From contig CAWCMR010000025.1 in NCBI GenBank assembly GCA_963796685.1, positions 384,001-448,000 of the forward strand: a DNA stretch of 64,000 nucleotides. The letters run 5' to 3'. Below are positions 56,901-64,000 of this stretch, piece after piece. Within the stretch, counting starts at the first letter, position 1; each line of letters starts with the position of its first letter. The translations under genes and the position numbers were made by a program. This DNA is from an uncultured delta proteobacterium. Lineage in GTDB: Bacteria; Myxococcota_A; Polyangia; Fen-1088. The notes beneath the pieces were generated by a model. It ran no database searches. It was not told the DNA's origin and worked only from the letters and a program-made list of their open reading frames with translations.

Positions 56901-57012
56901 TGGTGATTCTCCTGTGCCACGGGCCAAATGCTCAGCTGAGCAGTGTCGCGGACAGGCCAAATCCATCTAGACCCTCAGGACGGTGACGACAGCCCGCCCG
57001 GAGCGCGGCCAT

Positions 57013-58494
57013 TCACCCGGTGGATGGCCTGGCGCCAAGGCTCTCCCGGCCCGCGTTGGGAAACGGAGACGAGCCCAGCTCGGCGCGCAGCTTGGGCAGG
57101 CACTGCGGATGATGGCGCTGGAGGTAGGCGATGAGCTTCTCGCGGATGTTGCAGCGCAAGTCCCACGACTTGGACGAGTCCGCGGAGGTGGCCAACACGC
57201 GGATTTGCATGGTGCGTTCGGAGGCCTCGGTCACCTGCAGATTCCAGAAGCGTTTGTCCCACAGCGGATCGTTCTCGACGATCTCCTGCAAGGCCGCGCG
57301 AACCTGGCCAAGCGGCACGCTGTAGTCGACCCACACGAAGACCGAACCGAGCAGCTCGGCGGAGACGCGCGTCCAGTTCTGGAACGGCTTCTCGATGAAG
57401 TGGCTCAAGGGCACCACCAACCGCCGGTCGTCCCAGATGTGCACCACCACGTAGGTCAAGGTGATCTCCTCGATACGCCCCCACTCGCCCTCGACGATGA
57501 CCACGTCGTCCAAACGGATGGGCTGGGTCATCGCGAGCTGGAATCCGGCGAAAAGGTTGGCGATGGTCTTCTGGGCGGCGAACCCGAAGATGATGCCGAC
57601 CACGCCCGCAGACGCCAGGATGCTCGTGCCGAAGCGCTGCACCTCCTTGAACAACATCAGCACCGAGGCCAGGGTGAAGAGCGTGATGGCGAAGTAGAGC
57701 GTCTTGCTGATGACGTGAACCTGGGTATAGGCCTTGCGCGCGCGGAGATTGTCCGCGGCCTTGATATCGTACTCGACCAGAACCGCCTTTTCGCCGAGGC
57801 TCACCATCTGCGACAGGATCAACGCCACCGCCACGATGAGCAGGATGCTGGTTCCCTTGCCGAGAACGTCCGCATACCGATCGGGCAGGTCGAGCAGGGG
57901 CAGGGCCAAGATAACGCCGAGCACGGGCACGACGATGCGCAAGCTCTTGCCCACCAGAGGGGCCAAGAGATTGTCCAGCCTGCTGGAGGTCTTCGCCGAC
58001 CACGTCTCGAGCCAGGCTTCGAGCACGTGCGTGAAGCGGAAGAAGAGCCAAAGCAGGACTCCGAAGACCGCAATGTCGAGGCATTTGTCGAGCACCCCGA
58101 TGACGAATCGCCAGTCTTCTCCCTGCCCTATTCGCAACAGAATCGGTGTTGCGGCCAAGTAGAGGCCATAGACCCAAACCATGAGGTGCACGGGTTTGCT
58201 CACGATGCGGCGGGTGTCGTGGCGCAGTGGTTGGCCTGCTGATGGTCCGGCCGAGGCGTCGGTGTGTCGCCACAACAGGGCGACCAGCAGCGCGTTCAGC
58301 AGCAAGGTCAGGACGAGGAAGAAACCCACCACGCCGAGGTCTCCCCAGGTCACAGAACCGAAGGCCGGGGCGCGCAGAGCGGGCCCACCGATGCGTTCCA
58401 ACCACCCGTGCAGCAGGTGGGAAATCGCCGTGGCAAAGGTTCCTACATAGGCACTTCCCTTCAAGTCGTGGTTCATCGAGATGGCATGTACCAC
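57013..58494 (-). CDS. MscS family mechanosensitive channel (start uncertain)
   Basis: TM helices, GFAAQKTIAN, QPIRLDD, GRIEEI, FQNWTR. Confidence 0.92.
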   Translation of the reverse strand: MVHAISMNHDLKGSAYVGTFATAISHLLHGWLERIGGPALRAPAFGSVTWGDLGVVGFFLVLTLLLNALLVALLWRHTDASAGPSAGQPLRHDTRRIVSKPVHLMVWVYGLYLAATPILLRIGQGEDWRFVIGVLDKCLDIAVFGVLLWLFFRFTHVLEAWLETWSAKTSSRLDNLLAPLVGKSLRIVVPVLGVILALPLLDLPDRYADVLGKGTSILLIVAVALILSQMVSLGEKAVLVEYDIKAADNLRARKAYTQVHVISKTLYFAITLFTLASVLMLFKEVQRFGTSILASAGVVGIIFGFAAQKTIANLFAGFQLAMTQPIRLDDVVIVEGEWGRIEEITLTYVVVHIWDDRRLVVPLSHFIEKPFQNWTRVSAELLGSVFVWVDYSVPLGQVRAALQEIVENDPLWDKRFWNLQVTEASERTMQIRVLATSADSSKSWDLRCNIREKLIAYLQRHHPQCLPKLRAELGSSPFPNAGRESLGARPSTG

Positions 58495-58665
58495 GCACTG
58501 GATTTTTCAAGAGCAAAGCTGCCCGTGCCATGCCGGCTACGGCGGAGGCCGTTGTGACTCGTCGGCGCGGGCCCTCACTGTACACTTGCGCGCGCCCCCC
58601 CTGTTGCGTCAGCCTTGTCGCGGGGAGGACCTATGCGGTCAATGTCCCCTCCCCTCACTGACCCC

Positions 58666-59520
58666 ATGTCTACGCTCGATCGGCTGAACGCACTCGTCCA
58701 CCAACCCTTGGTTCATCTCGCCGGGGGACCGATCACATTGCTCTCCCTGCTCGCCGCGCTGCTCATCGTGGCGGTGTCGTACTTCCTGGCCGGCATCGCC
58801 AGCCGGGCCGTAAGCCGTCTGCTCGCCCGGCGCGAGGTCGCGCATGGGGCGCGCTTTGCGCTGACCAAGATCACGCGCTACCTCGTGGTCCTGGTGGGAG
58901 TCGTGGTCGCCGCCATGTCACTGGGGATCCGCCTTGACGCGGTCCTCGCGGCCTCGACGGTGGTGCTGGTGGGCATCGGATTCGGCTTGCAGAACATCGC
59001 CCAGAACTTCGTCTCGGGACTGATCCTACTGATTGAACGACCGGTCGCGCGCGGGGACTTCGTCCAGATCGGAGCGGTCTGTGGCTCGGTCAGCGACATC
59101 GGCATGCGTGCAACGCGGGTCGTGACCCGCGACGAAGTCACCATCATCGTGCCCAACAGCGAGCTCGTCACCGCGCAAGTGATCAACCATTCCGTGCCCA
59201 CGACGAATCTTCGCATCAGCGTGCAGGTCGGCGTGGCCTACGGGACGGACACCGGTCGCACCCGGGACGTCCTGCTTCAGGTTGCGGCGGCCGAGCCCGA
59301 GCTGCTCCGGGAGCCTCCTCCCGAAGTGCGCTTCGACAATTTCGCCGACTCGAGCCTGAGCTTCTCGCTACTGGTGTGGATTACCAATCCCCGCGAGGAC
59401 CTGCGCGTCGCCTCGCGCCTCCGCTTCGCGATCGATGCGGCCTTCCGCAGCGCCGGCATTCAAATCCCTTTCCCGCAACGCGACGTCCACGTCAAATCGC
59501 TCGCCCCTCCTGGCCCTTAG
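58666..59520 (+). CDS. MscS family mechanosensitive channel
   Basis: GFGLQNI..NFVSG, ERP..GD, IIVPNS, VGVAYG, IPFPQRDVH. Confidence 0.93.
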   Translation: MSTLDRLNALVHQPLVHLAGGPITLLSLLAALLIVAVSYFLAGIASRAVSRLLARREVAHGARFALTKITRYLVVLVGVVVAAMSLGIRLDAVLAASTVVLVGIGFGLQNIAQNFVSGLILLIERPVARGDFVQIGAVCGSVSDIGMRATRVVTRDEVTIIVPNSELVTAQVINHSVPTTNLRISVQVGVAYGTDTGRTRDVLLQVAAAEPELLREPPPEVRFDNFADSSLSFSLLVWITNPREDLRVASRLRFAIDAAFRSAGIQIPFPQRDVHVKSLAPPGP

Positions 59521-59563
59521 CGACACGCGCCCCCCACCTCTCCGAGTGGACGTGGGAAGGCTT

Positions 59564-59579
59564 TGGCAACATCTTTGCT
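59564..59579 (+). promoter_or_regulatory. Candidate sigma-54 promoter for the YtxH-like gene
   Basis: TGGCAA-CATCT-TTGCT. Confidence 0.6.
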
Positions 59580-59604
59580 GGCGCCAATCGCAAAGGAGAC
59601 AATC

Positions 59605-59875
59605 ATGAAGATCAATGACCTCAAAGACCTCGACAAGAACGACATCCTGAAGATTCTGGGCGTCGATACAGGCATTGCGACCACTGGTGTGCTGTGGACA
59701 GTTGGGTTGATTGCCATCAGCGCGATCGCCGGCGCAACAGACTGTTCTGTTGTTGGCACCCAACACCAGAAGCGAGCTGAGAGAGAAGATCGGACGTCGG
59801 TCCAGAGAAACCGCGGACAACATTCTCACGACTGCACGGGCCAAGGTGAACGAAGTCCAGTCGGAGATAGGATAG
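59605..59875 (+). CDS. YtxH-like general stress protein; frameshift near 59740
   Basis: SD aaggag; after removing one base reads AIAGA..VLLLAP.T.SELREKI...EIG-stop. Confidence 0.7.
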
Positions 59876-59945
59876 TACATTGCCACGCAAGCCAGAGGCA
59901 TTCGCCCGCATCGCGCGGGCGTGCCTCTGGCTGCGTGTTCGCGGA

Positions 59946-60467
59946 CTAGCCGATGCTGCTCATCTCGCGCTCCTTCGTGCTCATGAATGGCTTCTCCAGC
60001 CGCTTGGCGCCGTCTTTACCGAGAACCTCTTGTGCCCGGGAGAAGAACTCGCCCTCTTCTTCTGACGCATGTCTCTTCACCAACTTCGTTAGGTGTTGAA
60101 CCTGTCGTTGCCAGTCGGGTGAATCGAAGCTCAGGGCGTCTATTTGGTTGATCGCTCTCTCCAACTCCTCGGCCTCCTCAGCGTGGAGGCGCACGATGTC
60201 CTCGGTTCTCGAATCCCCCCCAAGGGCAGGGTAGACTGTGGTCAGCTCCGCTCGTTCATGCGAGACGAGCTGCTTCTTGATTTCGGTCCAAAGGTCGCGG
60301 CGCTTCTCGGCATCCTCGGCTGCTGCTGCGCGCGACAAAAGCGTGCTTACCTCGTGGTGCTGTTCGGCGAGCGTCACGAAGACGCCGCTCAGACCTTTGG
60401 CCATTGCTTGAGCGGCGCCGGCCTTTCCAGCGCCTTTCGCTGCGATGTTCTTGATCGGATTGGGCAT
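59946..60467 (-). CDS. Hemerythrin/HHE cation-binding domain protein
   Basis: EQHHEV, SHERAE...VYPAL, RHASEEEGEFF; SD aaggag. Confidence 0.9.
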   Translation of the reverse strand: MPNPIKNIAAKGAGKAGAAQAMAKGLSGVFVTLAEQHHEVSTLLSRAAAAEDAEKRRDLWTEIKKQLVSHERAELTTVYPALGGDSRTEDIVRLHAEEAEELERAINQIDALSFDSPDWQRQVQHLTKLVKRHASEEEGEFFSRAQEVLGKDGAKRLEKPFMSTKEREMSSIG

Positions 60468-60508
60468 GGCTGTTCTCCTTTTCTGCAAATCGCTCCCATT
60501 TGAGAGGC

Positions 60509-60524
60509 TGCAAGCCCGGTGCCA
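60509..60524 (-). promoter_or_regulatory. Consensus sigma-54 promoter for the hemerythrin gene
   Basis: Minus strand TGGCAC-CGGGC-TTGCA, an exact TGGCAC-N5-TTGCW match. Confidence 0.75.
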
Positions 60525-60834
60525 GAACAGCCGTCCTTGGTGGACACGTCGAGGCCTTCGGCCGACCTGGCCGCCCACGAGCTTACGGGGGAGAGTCGGG
60601 GCGAGCTTTTTCGACAGCAGCGTTGGACTTTGCGCGGGTCACCCAGAGTGGACGGCCTGGCACGTGGCTGTTCCTGATCGGAAACGACAAACACCGGTCG
60701 TGGTGGTCGGCGCGTCGGCGCGCAACTTTCCTGGACCGATTCGTACGAGCGCATCGTCGGGCCCCCTCCTCCCCTCGGACCGCTCCGTTTTCGGGAGATC
60801 TCTGGTGTGGACGCGAATTTTGCCCGGTGTTAGG

Positions 60835-62094
60835 GTGGAATCCATTTTGTCCAGCCGGTACAAAGCCATCGGCCTCTGCAGCGATGGCCGATTCGATGGC
60901 ACGGCTCTGGGTTGTGTTGCCCTCGCCATGTGGGCGGCGGGATTGGCGGGTTGTAACGGAGGCGACAGCGCCTCGTTCAGTACCAAGGACTCAGGGGTCG
61001 AGTTGGGATTGCGCTCGGATTCGCCGGCGGCCGCTGACCGCGCAGGCGACCCCCAAGGCGAACCAAACAGGGATGCCGGCCGCGACCTCACCCGCAGCTC
61101 CGACGAACAGATGGACAGAGATTCGTCGACGACACCCTTCGGTTCCGATGCGCAGCCTGAGACTGGGAGCAGGGCGGACTCGGGGCTTGCCGTCGGCCCG
61201 AGCGATGGCGGCCGCCTGGACGGCCCAGGCCGGCGAACGGACGCCAGCACGGACATCGGCCCCGACCTACCCGATTCGAACGCGTCGTCGAAAGACGCCA
61301 GCGGTGGCGGCTCGGAAGATGCGGTGCCGGACACCGACCCGTGCGCCGGCGGCACCACGTACGCGGCGAGCACGTCGGCGCGGACCACCACCAGCGGCTA
61401 CGGCTGGGTGCTTCTCACCGCTCCCACGAACAGCAACAACCAAGTGGTTGAATTTCGCACCGTACTCTCGGTGCCGGCCACGCCCCCCGCCAGCGGAACG
61501 CTCTTCCTTTGGCCTGGACTACAACCGATCCACGCGAGCACGAACTTCGACGTCCTGGACAATGGAGTCCTGCAACCGGTCCTGACCTGGGGCCCGACCT
61601 GCGCCCCGGGTTCACCCGCACAATCATACAAGTCGTGGTGGATCTCCGGACAGTACGTAAACACCAATATCACGTCATCCTCGCCCAACTATTCCGCCTA
61701 CCACGACTGCCACGGTGGTCCGGGAATGGCCGTTGCGGTCGGCGACGACCTCGGTCTGGTCTTCGCGCTCCAGGGCACCTCCTGGACTCAAACCATAACC
61801 AACCTTCGCACGTCCCAATCCGTGTCGTATGTCATCGACTTGCTCGGCCAGGGGCAGAACATGGCCGAATTCGTGATCGAAGAGTACAGCTCGACTCCCG
61901 TGTCCGACGTGATCTTCACATCTTCGGTGATCACCTTCGCGTCCCCCGCCATGACTGCGTGCCAGCCGGCCCAACGCGGAGTCGAGGATTACTTCTCGGC
62001 CCCACGCGCTTCTGCCGATGGTCTCCGTTGCTGCATCGACAAAGTCATTCTCCGTGCGGAAGGCGTCGCGGCGACCACCCCGAACTCTCCATGA
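60835..62094 (+). CDS. Lipoprotein with an acidic linker and an uncharacterised beta-rich domain (start uncertain)
   Basis: Lipobox LAGC; LFLWPGLQP, VLQPVLTWG, WWISGQY, FVIE. Confidence 0.7.
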   Translation: MESILSSRYKAIGLCSDGRFDGTALGCVALAMWAAGLAGCNGGDSASFSTKDSGVELGLRSDSPAAADRAGDPQGEPNRDAGRDLTRSSDEQMDRDSSTTPFGSDAQPETGSRADSGLAVGPSDGGRLDGPGRRTDASTDIGPDLPDSNASSKDASGGGSEDAVPDTDPCAGGTTYAASTSARTTTSGYGWVLLTAPTNSNNQVVEFRTVLSVPATPPASGTLFLWPGLQPIHASTNFDVLDNGVLQPVLTWGPTCAPGSPAQSYKSWWISGQYVNTNITSSSPNYSAYHDCHGGPGMAVAVGDDLGLVFALQGTSWTQTITNLRTSQSVSYVIDLLGQGQNMAEFVIEEYSSTPVSDVIFTSSVITFASPAMTACQPAQRGVEDYFSAPRASADGLRCCIDKVILRAEGVAATTPNSP

Positions 62095-62244
62095 CGCCCA
62101 CTGGATCGAAGCGGAGCGAACAGGCGGCACAGGTGTTCTCCCGTTGGGCTCGCTACCGCCAGTTCCATCACGCTCGAGCCCCAGACGACCCGCCCTGGAC
62201 CGACGAGGCAAAGCCGACGTAGCCGGCGGTGCTATCCTTGTGGC

Positions 62245-63105
62245 GTGCCCGAGTTGCCTGACCTCGTCCATGTCGAAGCCGTGCTGGCGCGCACGATCTG
62301 CGGCCTGCGCATCGTCGATGTCCGCGTGGGGGATCCCGTCGTCCTTCGGGTCATGGTTGCGGGACAGCTTCCGGCGTTGCTGCGGGACAAACGCATCACG
62401 GGGGTGAAACGGATCGGCCAGTTTCTGCGGTTCTCGCTCGATGGCGAGTTGGTCCTGGTGGTGAACGCCATGCTGACCGGGTGCTACGCTTTGGTCGGCG
62501 AGGGGAGCCGACGCGCCGGCAAGAACGCCATCCTGGCCGTGCAGTTCGAAAGCGGGCCGGAATTGCACTACAGGGACGAAACGCGCATGGGGAAAATCTA
62601 TGTGGCCCACGCTCACCAGATGTCGGAAATCCCCGGGCTGCGCGATCTCGGTACGGATCTCTTGTCGCCGCAATTCATTCTGGACCGTTTTCGCGTGCTT
62701 GCCACCGGCCGACGCGATCAGGTGCGCCAATTCCTGCTCGACAAGACCGCGCTGGCGTCCATCGGCAACGCCTACGCCGACGAGATTCTGTTTGCGGCCG
62801 GGCTGCACCCCAAGACCTTTTGCAACCGATTGCGCGCCGAGGAGGTGGATCGCCTCTTCGCAGCCATCCGCGACACCTTGGCCTGGGCGATTCGCGAGAT
62901 CCAGACGCGCGATGAGCCCATCGCGATCAAGGTGCGCGATTTTCTCAAGGTGCGCGGCCGGAACGGCCGGCCGTGCCTGGTCTGCGGCACTGTCGTCCGC
63001 CGCGTGCGCGTGGGCCGTGACGATGCCTGCTTCTGCCCCACCTGCCAGCCCACCACGCGCAGGTTGTTCGTGGACTTCAGCAAGCTCCCCGGCCGCCCGG
63101 TCTGA
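62245..63105 (+). CDS. Fpg/Nei family DNA glycosylase
   Basis: N-terminal PELP, IGNAYADEILF H2TH motif, CxxC...CPTCQ zinc finger. Confidence 0.92.
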   Translation: MPELPDLVHVEAVLARTICGLRIVDVRVGDPVVLRVMVAGQLPALLRDKRITGVKRIGQFLRFSLDGELVLVVNAMLTGCYALVGEGSRRAGKNAILAVQFESGPELHYRDETRMGKIYVAHAHQMSEIPGLRDLGTDLLSPQFILDRFRVLATGRRDQVRQFLLDKTALASIGNAYADEILFAAGLHPKTFCNRLRAEEVDRLFAAIRDTLAWAIREIQTRDEPIAIKVRDFLKVRGRNGRPCLVCGTVVRRVRVGRDDACFCPTCQPTTRRLFVDFSKLPGRPV

Positions 63106-63447
63106 GCCACCCCGCCCGCCCGAGGGCGGCAAACCCTAGGTTGCAGTCACGGCATATCACGGAACTGGCTCAGGGGACGCGCTAAGCACCCCAATCCCGC
63201 GATAGCCGCAGGAGGTCGTGGCCGTGGTTGTGGCCGTTCGCGCCCCAAAACCACGCCTCCGCCGGTCATTCCGCCGCCGATTCCGTAGCCGGCATTTCTG
63301 GACGGGCCTGTTCCCCCCACGCTCGCGACCGCAAGTAACCGTTCGCGATCCTCTGCATCAAATCCGAGAGTCGATCTCTTTTGAGTGCTCGGACCGCCGG
63401 CCCTTGGGCTTCGCACGCGGGAATCCCCGGGCGCGAAGGTGAAAGCC

Positions 63448-64000
63448 ATGCTCAAGGTGTTGATCCCCAAAGAACGGGCGGAAGGTGAGGCGCGGGTCGC
63501 GGCAACGCCGGAGACCGTCAAACGCCTGGTGAAGGAGGGGCTCGAGGTCGCCCTCGAGAAGGGGGCGGGCGAAAGCGCGTTCCTGCTCGACGAGCGCTAC
63601 CAGGCCGCAGGGGCACGCCTGATTTCGGACTTGGCGGCCGAGTGGTCCACGGCGGATGCCATCTTCAAGGTCTCGCCGCTCGCCATGAACCCGGCGCTGG
63701 GCAAGGACGAAGCGGCGGCGCTCAAGCCGGGTGCCGTGGTCGTCGGTCTCCTGCATCCCTACCGCAATCTCCCCATGGTGAAGACCTTGGCCGCGGGCAA
63801 GGTCACGGCCCTGGCCATGGAGCTGGTTCCGCGCATCACCCGCGCGCAGTCCATGGACGCGCTCTCCTCGCAGGCCAACATCGCCGGGTACAAGGCCGCG
63901 CTGCTCGCCGCGAGCCGACTCGGCAAGTACTTCCCCATGCTCATGACCGCGGCGGGGACAATCCCGTCGGCGAAGGTCGTGATCATGGGCGCCGGCGTGG
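63448..64000 (+). CDS. pntA: NAD(P) transhydrogenase alpha subunit (partial; runs off the window and is absent from the ORF track)
   Basis: MLKVLIPKE...EARVAATPETV, MELVPRITRAQSMDALSSQANIAGYKA, PMLMTAAGT, VIMGAGV. Confidence 0.93.
   Translation, partial: MLKVLIPKERAEGEARVAATPETVKRLVKEGLEVALEKGAGESAFLLDERYQAAGARLISDLAAEWSTADAIFKVSPLAMNPALGKDEAAALKPGAVVVGLLHPYRNLPMVKTLAAGKVTALAMELVPRITRAQSMDALSSQANIAGYKAALLAASRLGKYFPMLMTAAGTIPSAKVVIMGAGV

Noticed and set aside
58510-58640. Sigma-54 promoters for the two MscS genes
   Set aside because: TGGCACG on the minus strand has the wrong spacing to TTGC, and the plus-strand GG-N10-GC lacks the flanking consensus.
63112-63131. GC hairpin after the Fpg/Nei gene as an intrinsic terminator
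   Set aside because: Short stem with no U-tract.

Overview
GC-rich bacterial DNA, most likely from Myxococcota (Polyangia-like). The evidence for this is a MYXO-CTERM-type tail, many Gly/Ser/Thr-linker lipoproteins, a DUF1552/DUF1592 pair and an ECF/FecR-TPR module. I found no rRNA, tRNA, CRISPR array or transposase. About ten genes carry single-base frameshifts, probably long-read indel errors, and several others are deletion-fragmented. The window has four zones. (1) 1-9.9 kb is an accessory patchwork: lipoproteins, FG-GAP proteins, a divergent lower-GC sulfide:quinone oxidoreductase and an aldo/keto reductase. (2) 10-28.4 kb is a plant-polysaccharide locus: three GH5 enzymes, GH27, a kinase-HDOD fusion, a Tat-DUF1552 plus heme-c DUF1592 pair, two Cip1-like lipoproteins and a four-gene ECF signalling operon. 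(3) 28.4-33 kb holds hypothetical and decayed genes. (4) 33-63 kb is a general-stress and storage-glucan region (AI-2E, glgX, NtrC-type activator, CBS, BON, hybrid kinase, GH15, GH144, GH3, fumC, GH54, two MscS, YtxH, hemerythrin, Fpg/Nei), in which many genes have sigma-54-type -24/-12 promoter motifs and a GTCAC-N6-GTAAC motif recurs. The window ends inside pntA. All family calls come from motif recognition by eye; no searches were run.
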